DNA of 64,000 bases, taken from contig NC_086107.1 in the NCBI RefSeq assembly GCF_963921235.1, positions 111,230,001 to 111,294,000 of the forward strand, written 5' to 3'. Shown one piece after another: positions 11,759-24,040 of the stretch. Below the pieces are notes generated by a model, which did not search any database, was not told the DNA's origin, and saw only the letters and a program-made list of their open reading frames with translations. Source of the DNA: Mobula hypostoma. Lineage: Eukaryota. Position 1 is the first letter of the stretch. Each line of letters starts with the position of its first letter. The position numbers were made by a program, and so were the translations under genes.

Positions 11759-12334
11759 CAGACATCCCACCTCTCCCGGAAGTTCCGGGAGTCTCCCGCA
11801 TATTAATAGTGGCTCCCTGATGCCCACAAATTATATACAATATCCCAGAAATTGATTTTTTTGAGAGCAAGCGATAGCGCGTGAGCGAGAGAGCGACTAC
11901 AAGAGACAGGGAGCACGAGAGAGAGAGTGCACGAGCAAGAGAGAGCGTGCGAGAGTGACCACGAGGGAGAGAGAGAGCGCGCCATGGCAGAGTGTTCCAA
12001 AAAACAGGAAATATAAAACGTACGTCACCCCAGACTACACTAAAGTGTACCCCTGCCTAATAGGGGTCAAAAATAATGACAGTGTTGCTCGCTGCACTGT
12101 TTGCAACAGTGACTTTTCTATTGCCCATGGTGGGTTAAGACTGTAAAAGACATGTTGAGGTGAGTTTAACAGTCATTCGTTCATTAGCATAGCTAACGTT
12201 ATTTAAACTAGCTGGCCAGCTGCTCAGGAGCTACTCTATTGCAGACATCCCACCTCTCCCGGAAGTTCCGGGAGTCTCCCGCAAATTAATGGTGCTACCT
12301 CCCTGAAATGAGTGTTTGCAGGGTGGGATGTCTG
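11759..12334 (+). mobile_element. Non-autonomous hAT-like DNA transposon retaining a frameshifted BED-like zinc-finger first exon
   Basis: Perfect 13-bp TIR CAGACATCCCACC / GGTGGGATGTCTG. Flanks GGAGTG and AGAGTG within a CR1 fragment. Internal GCGCCATGG (11984), then ...YPCLIGVKNNDSVARCTVCNSDFSIAHGG/DCKRHVE|GTGAGT (12159/12160). Confidence 0.75.
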
Positions 12335-13414
12335 AGAGTGCAGTGCCGAGGTGGTGGTAGAGACAGGTACATTCAGGACATTTATGGGGCTCTTAGATAG
12401 GCACAGAAACGAAAGAAAAATGGAGGGCTATGTGGGAGGGAAGGATTAAATCGATCTTAGGGTAGGTGAAAAGGTCGACACAACGTTGTGGGCCAAAAGG
12501 CCTGCTCTGTGCTGTAAAGTTCTACACTCTCATTGTCTGGCAGAGGGGCTAAATTTCCTGCTGCTGCTTCTATTTCTTTTATTTTTCTAATCACACTTAA
12601 TTTGTCCAGTACTGAAACTAACTTAACTGGCCCCTACTTACTCCTCCCTGTTCAAACAACAGCACAACTGCAGTACTTTGGCACCACTCCTGATACGAGG
12701 CTGGGTGGAAAAATAATGGTCAGAGCCTTTGCAATTTCCTCCTTGGGGAGCTGGAGTGGAGGGAGTACCTCAGGAAAATCACAGGGGAACTGACACGGAG
12801 TAAATTGCAGCCTCTGCCTCGGGTTCTGGCAGACCTCATTGTAGGCCTTAAACGAAACGGGTAGAGAGATGGCTTTTGCATTGATTTGAATTTCTTAAAG
12901 ATCCCCAAGTTTGGAAAAGCTTCGATTCAGTTGCAAAATAGCAAAAGCAATGCCTTTATTCAGGAAGGGAGGGGAATATGAAGCAGGAAACTACAGATCA
13001 GTTTATTATCGTCTGTTGTTGGGAAAATGTTAGAAGCTATTATTAAGTGCACTGTATAATAGCAAGGTATAATTGTAAAATTCGAAGTACTCTGGCGCAG
13101 TCATGGCCTTGGTCTGTGGTGCTGAACTGAAACCTCTGCTGAGTTGCAGCTCAGACTTTGTCATTTTAAAATAGTTTTTTTGATTCGTAAGGATGGTTTT
13201 GGGGACAAAGAGGTGAGTTAGCTTACGGGTCAGGTTAGGGTTTAGGGACAGGGATGTGGGTGTTCAGCCAGTGTGCAAAAGACAACAAACTGTGCAATTA
13301 CAAAAAGAAAGAAATTATAATAATATATAAGCAGTTAAATATTGAGAACATGAGACGAGGAGCCTTGGAAGTGAGTCCAATAATGGGGCAGGTGAAGTTG
13401 AGCACATCTGCTCC

Positions 13415-13850
13415 ACCTGTTAAAAGCAGAACACCCCAATGGCCAAACATTTTAATTCCAATTCCCATTCCCATTATAATATTTCAGTCCATGGCCTCCT
13501 CTCGTGTGAATATAAGGTGGAGAAGCAGCGCATATTCCGTCTGGGTAGCCTCCAACCTGATGGCAAAGATATCGATTTCTCCTTCTGGTACTTTTCTATC
13601 CTCACCTTCCCTTCCTCTTCTATTCCCCACTCTGGCCTCTTTCCTCTTCTCACCTGCCTATCCCCTCCTCCTGGATTCCCTCCCCCTTCCCTTTCTCCTA
13701 TGGTCCACTCTCCTCCTCGAACAGATTCCTTCCTCTCTAGCCCTTTACCTTTCCTACCTAGCCAGCTTCACCAACCACCTTCCAGCTAGTCCTCCTCCCC
13801 CTCCCCCTACATTTTAATTCTGGCATCTTCTCCCTCCCTTTTCAATCCTC
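13415..13850 (+). mobile_element. Penelope-like element fragment (end of GIY-YIG domain plus pyrimidine-rich 3' region)
   Basis: AKHFNSNSHSHYNISVHGLL...IFRLGSLQPDGKDIDFS. Confidence 0.8.
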
Positions 13851-14149
13851 AGGCTGATTAAATTAAGATAATAGAAAGATAAAGCTTTATTTGTCACATT
13901 TACATCAAAACATACGATGAAATGCATTGTTTGCATCTACAACCAACACAGCCTGAAGGGGTGCTGGAGCAGCCTGCAAGTGCCATCATGCCCACAACTT
14001 ACTAACACTAACCTGGACATCCTTTTGGAATGTGGGAGGAAACTGGAGCACCCCGGAGACACCCACTTGGTCACGAGGAGAAAGTACAAACTCCTTGCGC
14101 ACGGCGGTCGGAATTGAATCCCGATCAATGATTACTGGAGCTCCATTTC

Positions 14150-14752
14150 GCTGAACACCTACGCTCTGTCCGCCAGAGAAAGCAGGATCTCCCAGTGGCC
14201 ACACATTTTAATTCCATGTCCCATTCCCATTCTGATATGTCTATCCACGGCCTCCTCTACTGTCAAGATGAAGCCGCACTCAAGTTGGAGGAACAACACC
14301 TTATATTCCGTCTGGGTAGCCTCCAACCTGATGGCATGAACATTGACTTCTCTAACTTCCGCTAATGCCCCACCTCCCCCTTGTACCCCATCTGTTATTT
14401 ATTTATTATATATTTTCTCTCTCTCCTTTTTCTCCCTCTGTCCCTCTCACTACACTCCTTGCCCATCCTCTGGGCTTCCCCCGTCCCCCTTTCTTTCTCC
14501 CTAGGCCTCCCGTCCTATGATCCTCTCATACCCCTTTTGCCAGTCAACTTTCCGGCTCGAAGCTCCATCCCTCCCCCTCCTGTCTTTTCCTATCATTTCG
14601 GATCTCTCCCTCCCCCTTCCACTTCCAAATCTCTTTCTATCTCTTCCTTCTGTTGGTCCTGACGAAGGGTCTCGGCCCGAAACGTCGACTGTACCTCTTC
14701 CTATAGATGCTGCCTGTCCTGCTGCGTTCACCAGCAATTTTTGTGTGTGTTA
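14150..14752 (+). mobile_element. Penelope-like element 3' part
   Basis: EHLRSVRQ...PVATHFNSMSHSHSDMSIHGLLYCQDEAALKLEEQHLIFRLGSLQPDGMNIDFSNFR*, followed by a hammerhead motif. Confidence 0.85.
14654..14691 (+). ncRNA. Minimal type-I hammerhead ribozyme motif with canonical GUC triplet
   Basis: TGGTC CTGACGA A GGGT CTCG GCCC GAAA CG TC GACTG. Predicted cleavage 3' of C14686. Confidence 0.75.
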
Positions 14753-15617
14753 CTACACTATGTTACCTGTAATTCTCTGGGAGAGATGAAAATGTGTATT
14801 CTGTTCAATAACTTCAGCATACAGGGGGAAACCCGGATCACTGGGGTTTAATTGTTCAGGCATGGAAATCAGGAAGTTTTCCTTCAAACAAAGGGGAGTG
14901 GGGATCTGGATAGCTTTCCTACAAAGCCTGTGGATGTTGGAGACAGGCCTTCTTCTACCTTCCTATCCGGTCCTGTTGAAGGACAAGGGCCTGAAACGTC
15001 GACGGTTTATTCCTCTCCATGGATGCTGCCTGGCCTGCTGAGTTCCACCAGCATTTTGTGTGTGTTGAAGTGAAGGTGAGTGAAGTTATTCCCTTGGGTT
15101 CAGGAGCCAGTTTCATAGCTTTAAAGAAATGTTTGAATTTCTTTAAAGCCGAAAAAAGCAGTTCTTTGTTGAACTGCTCCTGAACCTGGTGGTGCAAGTC
15201 CTGAGGCTCTTGTACCTTCTTCCTGATGGCAACAGCAAGAAGAGAGGACACTCTGGGTGGTGGGGATCTCGGGTGATGGATGCTGCTTTCCTGAGATAGC
15301 ACTCTGTGTGTATTTGCTCAAGGGTATTTATTTATTAATTACACAATTTGTCTTCTTTTGCACATATGTTGACTGTCAGTCTTTATGTTTAGCTTTTTTC
15401 ATAAATTTTATTGTATTTCTTTATTTTCCTGTAAATGCCTGCAAGAAACTGAATCTCAGGGTTGTATGTGGTGACATATAAATACTTTGATAATAAATTT
15501 ACTTTGACTTTGAGCTATGGGGCTGAAGGGTGACCATGAGTCAACAGGAGTACTGAGTGAGGTTACGTTTGGATCAGACACTGCCTCATAAAATTACAAA
15601 ATGTGCATTTCCATGTA

Positions 15618-16712
15618 CACTCACTGACCACTTTGTTAGATACAAAAGTGGGACCCACTGTGGCCTTCTGTTGCTATAACCCATCGACATGTTGTGCATT
15701 CAGCGATGCTCTTCTGCACACCACTGTTGTAATGTGTGGTTATTTGAGTTACTGTCACCTTCCTGTCAGCTTGAACCAGTCTGGCCATTCTCCTCTGACC
15801 TCCCTCATTAACAAGGCATTTTCGCCCACAGAACTGCTGCTCACTGGATGGTTTTTGTTTTTTGCACCATTCTCTGTAAACCTTAGAGATGGTTGTGCAT
15901 GAAAATCCCAGATTAGCAGTTTCTAAAACACTCGAACCACCCTGTCTGGCACCGACAAAGTCACATTTCTTCCCCAGTCTGATGTTTGGTCCAAACAACA
16001 ACTGAACCTCGTGACCATGTCAGCGTGCTTTTATGCATTGAGTTGCTGGTTGTATGGCATTGCCACCTTGTCGTGGTGAAGAGGCTTGTGAGTTTCTGAG
16101 ATCCCGAGAGCGATGTTGTCTGGAGTTTAGCTCCTGGTAGGGTCACGCATAGTGGGAAGGTCAAGGCGAGGTCCAGACAAAGAGGAATCCGACCAAGATC
16201 CCAATGGTGGAGTGGGGATGATAATGGCACATCGCAGTGGCAGTGCAGGTGGAGGAAGGCTGCAGCAGTGAAGTTGCCTCACATTCTGTGCCACCAGACC
16301 CTGAACCCTGAATCTCTCAAGGGCCATGTGGTAAATCACAAACACAAAAAAAATCTACAGATGCTGCAAATCCAAAGCAGCACCCACAAAACGCTGGAGG
16401 AACTCAGCAGGCCAGGCAGCATCTGTGGAAAAAAGTAAACAGTCAACATTTCGGGCTGAGGCCCTTCATCAGGATTTGAATTGGTGGGGGGAATGCCTGA
16501 ATTAAACAGTGGGGTGGAAGGGAAGGAACTGTGTGGACTCATTTCGATCACATTTCGCCCCCATCCTGATGTTTGCTGAACAGCAATTGAACCTCTTGAC
16601 CATGCTTGCGTGCTTTTGTGCATTGAGTTGCTGCCTAACAATTAGCTGATTAGATCATTTGCATTAACAGGCAGTTCTTTACAGGTGGACTTAATAAAGT
16701 GGCCACTGTGTG
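15618..16712 (-). mobile_element. Tc1-like DNA transposon remnant(s) with nested RTE-like and Penelope-like fragments
   Basis: TIRs TA|CACTCACTGACCACTTTGTTAG and CTTAATAAAGTGGCCACTGTGTG|TA. ORF 15636-16001 resembles the Tc1 transposase N-terminal HTH (VGARQGGSSVLETANLGFSCTTISKVYREW...RRMARLVQADRKVTVTQIT). An internal ~90-bp duplication suggests two merged copies. Confidence 0.8.
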
Positions 16713-17399
16713 TAAAACCCCAGGATATTATTCATTCCGGCTTGCAACTTATCCAAAGGTGACAAGCCCTTTAATTCTTCCACTGTTATTATATTTATGA
16801 CAACCTATGTTTCATGCTCTTCCTCTTTAACCACAATGTTGGCAACGTTCCATACACGTGAAGGCAGCTCCAATGTCTGTATCCTCTGCCCCCAAGCACA
16901 GTAAATAACTCATAGTCCCTATTACTTCCTCAGATATCTTCTTGTTCTCTTTATTCTTATGAAACATATTATAGCTTTCTCTGTTTTCCCTGCATGTGTT
17001 TGTTTTAGAGATTTTCTTTGGTTTAATTTCAGTACTTTACACTCCACTGGGCTCTCTCCAACAGGAAAGTCTGAGCATCAATCTACAGGAGAGCTACCAG
17101 TAAGATTGAAAGGGTGCAGTGGATGTTGAGGACCTGAGTTACTGGGAAAGTTTGATCTGGCTCCATGGCTCTGGACTCGCTTACAGGGACCCTACGGTTC
17201 ATGTTTCATGTATTATTCATTTACTTTTTTATTGTTTGCCAGATTTGTTCTTTTTCAGCTGTTTGACGGTCTTTGTCTTGTGGGTTTTTTTCTTGTGGGT
17301 TCTATTGTGTTTCTTTATTTAGCAACTGCCTACAAAAAGACAAATCTCAAGGTTGTATAAGGTATCCATACTTTGATAATAAACGTACCTTGAGACTTT

Positions 17400-17745
17400 G
17401 AATGGGTCAGGACTTTATTGCCCAGAGTGTCGGGGAATTATCAGGGGCATAGATAGGGTAAAAGCAAGCAGGCTTTTCTCCCACTGAGTTTTGGTGAAAC
17501 TAGGACTAAAGGTCATGGGTTAAGGGTGAAGGGTGAAACACTTAAAGGGAACTTGAGTGGGGAACTTCTTCACCGAGAGACTGGCGTCACCAGTGGAAGT
17601 GGTGGATGCGGGTTCGATTGCATCATTTAAGAGAAATTTGGATAGGTACATGGATGGGAAGGGTATGGAGGGCTGTGGGTCAAAGGGACTATGCCTAACA
17701 TTTTGACACAGACTAGATAGGCTGTGGTCCTCTATGACTCTATGA
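17400..17745 (+). mobile_element. CR1 LINE 3' end
   Basis: Matches other CR1 3' ends and has a (CTATGA)n-like tail. Confidence 0.7.
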
Positions 17746-17944
17746 CCTATCCTTGACCTTCGATGGCATTATCACCTCCATGTCCCCCATCGTGAACAAC
17801 CGAGGGTTCACCATTCACCAGAAGAGCAATGGCATCGATTTGGTGACTACAGTCTAGGAATACGGAGTGAAAATTATTTACAAGAATAAACAGTCTTTTA
17901 ATTCTCACATTCATAGTCAATCCTCAACTCTCTGGGTTATCGAG

Positions 17945-18350
17945 GTCCACAATCTTGTTGTGATTTGGTGGCTTGTGTGCCTCGATAACCCAGAGAGTTA
18001 TGTTGGCCGGAGACAGAGCTTTATGGGTGGCACCTGGTGGGGTCACCCATGCCAAACTGGTCGAAGGGTAGAGCCCAGAGTGAGAGTGGTCCACCAGTCC
18101 TCCAGGTGTGGGGGTTTCAGTTCAGGATTAACAACCCTGACTGGTCAGACAAAATTGTTACGGAAACAGCAGCGAAGATTTCTTCTACATCTGAGAGCGA
18201 CGGTATTCCTGAGTCTCCACCCGGGACCTGCGTGACTGACGGTAGCGAAAACCAGGAGGAAGCGACTGACACGATGGAGGAAGTCCCGAACACTGCCAGA
18301 GATAGGAGGACTTTCGTTGGTGCCCTAAATGCCAGTGGCATAATAGGCAG
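17945..18350 (+). mobile_element. RTE (Expander/Rex3-like) derived non-autonomous repeat. Related copies at ~16060-16330(+), 27835-28255(-), 46545-46930(+)
   Basis: Shared block TGGTRGGGTCACCCATGCCAAAC...CCAG and shared 3' part GGAGGACTTTC...GCCCTAAA. Confidence 0.55.
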
Positions 18351-18484
18351 GAAAAAAATTATAGTCGATGCTTTCAGTACTGTTCTGTTTCATACCAGCA
18401 CCTCCCTCTCCTATTTCTTGTTTTTACATTCCCATTATTATAACCCTTATGGTTTGTCTGAAAAATTTCAACAGACTTATTCTT

Positions 18485-18620
18485 CGACCAACACACACGC
18501 AATGCTGGAGGAACTCAGCAGGGCAGACAGCATCTATGCAAATAAATAAACAGTCGATGTTTCAGCCCGAGGCCTTTCATCAGGACTGGAAAGGAAGGGA
18601 GAAGATGCCAGAATAAAGAC

Positions 18621-18669
<49 letters not shown>

Positions 18670-18950
18670 CGGGAGGAGGACAAGCTAGAAGATGGTAGAT
18701 GAAGACAGGTGGGTGGGAAAGGCAAAGGGCTGGAGAAGAAGGAATCTGATGGGATAGGAGAGTGGACCGTGGGAGAAAGGGAAGAAGGAGGGGCACTGGG
18801 GGGAGGTGAGAGGTAGGTGAGGAGAAGAGGTAAGAGGCCAAAGTGAAGAATGGAAGAAGAGGGAAGGGGGAGGGGAAAATAAAAAAAAGAGAGAAAAAAA
18901 TAAAGGCAGGAGAAATCAATGTCCATGCCATCAGGTTGGAGGCTGCCTGG
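18485..18950 (-). mobile_element. Penelope-like 3' region with (TG)n microsatellite (18621-18667) and decayed hammerhead (~18551-18588)
   Basis: Reverse complement reads SLQPDGMDIDFS and CAGTCCTGATGAAAGGCCTCGGGCTGAAACATCGACTG. Confidence 0.75.
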
Positions 18951-19764
18951 ATGGAATGATAAATAGTCCCAAGATTTTCATTGTTGGTGGTTTTATGGTA
19001 ATCTTTCCTGACATAAGCTCTTTGCTTCAGACTTTCAATCACCTTAAATATCAGGAAGAAAATCAGGAGGCCTAAAATAATGGCTCTCCTTGCGTTCTCC
19101 ACCCTTCATGGAAATTCAGTGAGGAAAGCACTGAGAAATAACCCCAAGATTTTCATTCTGGGTAGCTTTGTGGTCATCTTTCCTGATACAAGTGCTTTAC
19201 TTCAAGCTAATTAATTTACAATTTAAATTCCTGAGCTGAAGTTGAGGTTGGGTCACACTTAACCCCATCACCCTTACGGGGCGGAAGCCACTGACAGAGT
19301 CCTCTGTGCTGGGCCAGTCTTTCAAACCATCCCCAGCTGTAACCCATCTTCGAAGATCCTTCCTCTCCCCTGGTGAGGCTCTCAGAAGCTTCTGGTGCTT
19401 CGGATCTTTATGGGATGGGGTTGTTAACCCTATGCCCAACCTTCCTCCTTTCGGTCCCATGTTTGGGATGTCCATGGTGGGAGTTGGGTCACAAGATCTG
19501 TGTAAAAACTATTAATTAAGTCATTTAGCTAGAGTACTGCTGTTCCTAGCTCTTCTCTGCTTGCGTCTCTGAAATGGTATCTGAGACATTCAAACTCAGT
19601 CTAAGGTTTAAGTACTCCAACAAGAGTTTCATAATTTTGATTCAGTTTAAAAAAGACTTCTTGTCAAAGTTGAGCTGAAGCAGTTAGAATCCAACTAATG
19701 TCATAGAATTGTAAAGTGTTATAACAATGAAACAGTTTCTTCATCTTGCCACGTGGGCCGTATC

Positions 19765-20680
19765 AAAGGTGGTGGTGAATCAGCATACAGGAGGGAGGTT
19801 GAAAACTTGGCTGAGTGGTGTCATAACAACAACCTTTCAGTCAATGTCAGCAAGACCTAGGAACTGATTGTAAACTTCAGGAGAGGGAAACCAGAGGTCC
19901 ATGAGCTAGTCCTCCTCAGAGGATCAGAAGTGGAGAGGGTTAGCAACCTTATATCCCTGGGTGTTACATTCCTGGGCACGTGTGCTGGACCCAACATGTA
20001 AATGTTACTGTGAAAAAAGCACAGCAGCGGTTCTACTTCCCTAGGAGATTCGACATGACGTCAAAAACTTTGACAAACTTCTATAGATGTATAGTGGAGA
20101 GTATATTGACTGGCTGCATTACGGCCTGGTATGGAAACACCAATGCCTTTGAATGAAAAACCTTACAAAAGATTACGGATTTGGCCCAGTACATCTTGGG
20201 TAAAATCCTCCCAACCACCTAAATGAAACGCTGTCACAGGAAAGCGCATCCATCATCAGCAATCCTCATCACCCAGGCCTTGCTCTTTTCTCGCTGCTGC
20301 CAACAGGTAGAAGGTACAAGAACCTCAGGACTCGCACCACCAGGTTCAAAAACAGTTACTACCTCTCAACCATCAGGCTCTCGAGCAAAAGGGGATAACG
20401 ACACTCACTTGCCCATCCATTGAGATGTTCCCACAACCAATGGGCTCACTTTAAGGACTCTTTATCTCATTACCTCATGTTCTCGTTGTTTATTGCTATT
20501 TATTTATATTTGCATTTGCACAGTTTGTCGTCTTCTGCACTCTGGTTGATCTTTCATTGATCCTTTTAGAGTTACTATGCTATAATCTTGCCGAGTACGC
20601 CCGCAGGAAAAAGAATCTCAGGGTTGGATATGGTGGCATATATGGACTTTGATAATAAAATTTACTTCGAACTTTGAACA
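19765..20680 (+). mobile_element. Rex/Babar-type LINE 3' portion (degenerate)
   Basis: WCHNNNLSVNVSKT...KKAQQRFYF...NFYRCIVESILTGCITAWYGN, then AATAAA and a (ACTTTGA)-like tail. Confidence 0.8.
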
Positions 20681-21531
20681 ACCATTAACTGTTCATTTAT
20701 ACTAACCCTGCATTAATCTCAACCCATTTTCATCAGCTTCCCCAGGTTCCATTACTCTGGCTCGGGCATCTTGGTCAGCATGGACCAGATGGGCTGAAGG
20801 GCCTGCTGTTTAACTCTATGAACATTCACCGGTGCCCTAGGGGCAATTCACAGTCTCTAACTAACTTACCGAACTAGTGCACCAACATGGTCAGAGTGAG
20901 AATGCACAAACTCTGTTGGACATCAGGATCAAACCCTTGCCCCTGGCACTACCAGGCAGGGACTCAGCTAGCTCTACCATTGAGTGCCCACCCCCCAAGA
21001 TATTTTGGGGGAAGAACATCTCTTGTCCTTTGCTCTTCCAAACCAATGTGGCTGACAGTAAAGTGCCAGTCAAGCCATTCAGTTGGCAAACCTGCTGCTT
21101 CACCGCTCCAGTGACTAGATTCGACCTTGATTTTGTGATTGTGTGGGCACCCCCTTGTTGCTGTGGTTTCCTCCCACATCCCAAAAACATGCCGGTTGAT
21201 TGGTTAATTCACTGCTTAACATTAACCTGAGTTGAAGCGATGGGGAAATTGGTGGGGTATTGAAGAGGAAAGGAGAGAACTTAAGGGTTAAAGGGGAATG
21301 AATCGGAATCAGGTTTATTATCATTCACACACAGTATGTCATGAAATTTATTGTTTAGGGGCAGTGCAATACAGAAGAAGTACCATAAGTTACAATATGA
21401 AAGACTAAGAACAATACATAATTAGAGCCAAAAGAGAGCAAGTTACTGAGGTTGTGTTCATGGGTTCATGGACCGTTCGGAAATCTGATGGCGGAGGGGA
21501 AGAAGCTGTTCCTAAAACATTGAGTGTGTGT

Positions 21532-22044
21532 GGTTAGATTGAGTTGTCTCCGGGAGATGTCGTCGGTGTGCTGTTGATTGTGGTGTGTCCTCCGGATGCT
21601 TGGCCTTTATATACTTTTCAATCAGCTGATAGGTTGTCATTTTGGAAACTCAGTTGTGATGTGGGGAGGAAATCTCGTCACTGATTGGCTGTGTGGCAAA
21701 CTTCGTGCCTTGTGGTCCGGAATCTTGCCCGCAGCGGCTTATAAGTCTCAATAGGTTTCAGAGAAATGTATACAATACACATCCTGAAATTCTTTTACTT
21801 TGCAAACATCCACAAAAACAGAGGAGTGCCCCAAGAAATGTATGACAGTTAAATGTTAGAACGCCAAAGCACCCCCAGCTCCCCTACCCATAGATAAGCA
21901 GCAGCCAAACAACGACCCCCACCTCCACAACCAGCAAAAAAAAAGTAGGACTGAGATCTATGTGTCTGTTTACAGAATTGTTCGCAGAAAACCACACTTC
22001 GTGGAATTTTCTTGTGCGCTGTGTGTTCCCTTGTGCCACGACTG
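21532..22044 (-). mobile_element. Second Penelope-like family (GIY-YIG C-terminus plus pLTR), interrupted by a nested insert at ~21745-21950
   Basis: 10-bp TSD GAGTGTGTGT (21522-21531 and 22045-22054). Minus-strand VVAQGNTQRTRKFHEVWFSANNSVNRHIDLSPT/YKPLRARF. CCAAT and TATATAAA downstream. Confidence 0.7.
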
Positions 22045-23122
22045 GAGTGTGTGTCTTCAGGCTTCTGTACCTCCTTACTGATGGTAGTGGAACTGATGGG
22101 AGTTCTCTGGGAGCTAGCATGGACTAGATGGGCTGGAAGGCCTCCAACTATGTCGTAAGTAATGTAATGGTTAGCACGAAGCTATTGGAGCTTGGGGCTG
22201 TTGGAGTTCAGAGTTCAGTTCCGGCATCCTCTGCAAGCAGTTTGTATGCTCTCCCCGTGAACACGTGGGTCTCCTCTGGTGCTCCCGCAGTCCAAAGACA
22301 CACCGGCTAATAGGGTAATTGGTCATTGTAAATTGCCCTGTGATTGGGCTAGGGTTAAATGGGCGGGCAGCTTGTTGTGCATGCTTCTGAGCTCTACGAC
22401 CTCATGACAAATAGCAGGAATAAAGTCCAGCTGATGAAATGGAGATTGCTATCATCGAAGAGGAGGTACAGGAGCCTGAAGACACACACTCAATGATTCA
22501 GAAACAACTTCTTCCCCTCTGCCATCAGATTTCTGAATGGACAATGAACCCATGAACGCTACCTCACTACGTTTTCCCTCTTTTTAAAAAAATTGAGATA
22601 CAGCGTGGAATAGACCTTTCCGGAACTTCGAGCTGTGCTGCCCAGCAACTCTCCGATTTCATCCCGGCCTAATCACGGGACAGTTTACAAAGACCAATTA
22701 ACCTACCAACCGGTACGTCTTTGGACTGTGGGAGGAAACTGGAGCACCTGGAGGAAACCCACGCAGTCATGGGAAGAACATACAAACTCTTTACGGGCAG
22801 TGGCGGGAATAGAACCCGGGTCGCCTGTACTGTAAAGCGTTGTGCTAACCACTACGCTACCGTGACCCCCTTTGCACTAGTTATTTGATTTATTTTTTAA
22901 ATATACTTCTTACTGTAATTTATAGCTTTTATTATGATGTATTTCACAACATACTGCATGCTGGTGATCTTCACCCTGATTCAAATTCAGATTCAGATTC
23001 AGATCTTGTGGCCTCTGAGGTAATAGCCGTCGGACTCACATTACCCGTTGTGGATGGAAGCTCTGCAAGAAGGAACTGGTAGACTATGGGATGTGAAGTC
23101 AGTGAAACATCTGTCCCAGAAA

Positions 23123-23640
23123 GAACATAGAACATAGAGGATAGAATAGTACAGCACATTGCAGGCCCTTTGGCCCACAATGTTGTGCCGACCCTCAAAC
23201 CCTACCTCCCATATAACCCCCCCACCTTAAATTCCTCCATATACCTGTCTAGTAGTCTCTTAAATTTCACTTGTGTATCTGCCTCCACCACTGACTCAGG
23301 CAGTGCATTCCACGCACCAACCACTCTCTGAGTAAAAAAACCTTCCTCTAATATCCCCCTTGAACTTCCCACCCCTTACCTTAAAGCCATGTCCTCTTGT
23401 ATTGAGCAGTGGTGCCCTGGGGAAGAGGTGCTGGCTATCCATTCTATCTATTCCTCTTATTATCTTGTACACCTCTATCATGTCTCCTCTCATCCTCCTT
23501 CTCTCCAAAGAGTAAAGCCCTAGCTCCCTTAATCTCTGATCATAATGCATACTCTCTAAACCAGACAGCATCCTGGTAAATCTCCTCTGTACCCTTTCCA
23601 ATGCTTCCACATCCTTCCTATAGTGAGGCGACCAGAACTG
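23123..23640 (-). mobile_element. CR1 LINE 3' end
   Basis: QFWSPHYRKDVEALERVQRRFTRMLSGLE...RGDMIEVYKIIRG and a tandem (AGAACAT) tail. Confidence 0.9.
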
Positions 23641-24040
23641 GAGATTAAAAAGACCAAGGTGTCGAGGCCAGGCCCTTACTCGCCTCAGCACTGAACCTGG
23701 CTCTGTGGCTGTGGCCTGCAACCATTGGGCTCCAGGACTGGTTTCACTCACCCCAGCATGGAACCCGGTTCTGTTGGCTATGGCCTGCGACCACTGGACT
23801 TCAGGGCTGGCTTGACTTACCTCAGCGCTGGACCTGGCTCCTAGAGTAGCTGTAATGTTGAAATAGCTCCGCAGCTGCGGCCTGCATCAATCGACAGCCA
23901 CCTCAGCGCTGAACTGTCTCGGTGGCTGTGGGTTCCTGGACCAGCTGCCAATGGCTTCTCCTCCGTGCCTATGGATTCACTTTCAGAGACTCTTTGAGAC
24001 TCATGTTCTCTGTATTATTTGTTTTCTTTTTAATCGCTTA

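Noticed and set aside
16058..16130. Possible HDV-like ribozyme at an RTE-like 5' end (ACC-TTGTCGT-GGT hairpin)
   Set aside because: A P3/L3-like hairpin is present, but I could not find P1 and P2 partners to complete the double pseudoknot.
18515..19102. 195-aa ORF with a signal-peptide-like start (MENARRAIILGLLIFFLIF)
   Set aside because: Non-ATG start, and it runs directly into a Penelope repeat and (CA)n.
19080..19135. Resemblance of CATGGAAATTCAGT to the reverse complement of miR-146
   Set aside because: It has an extra base, the seed region does not match, and there is no convincing precursor hairpin.
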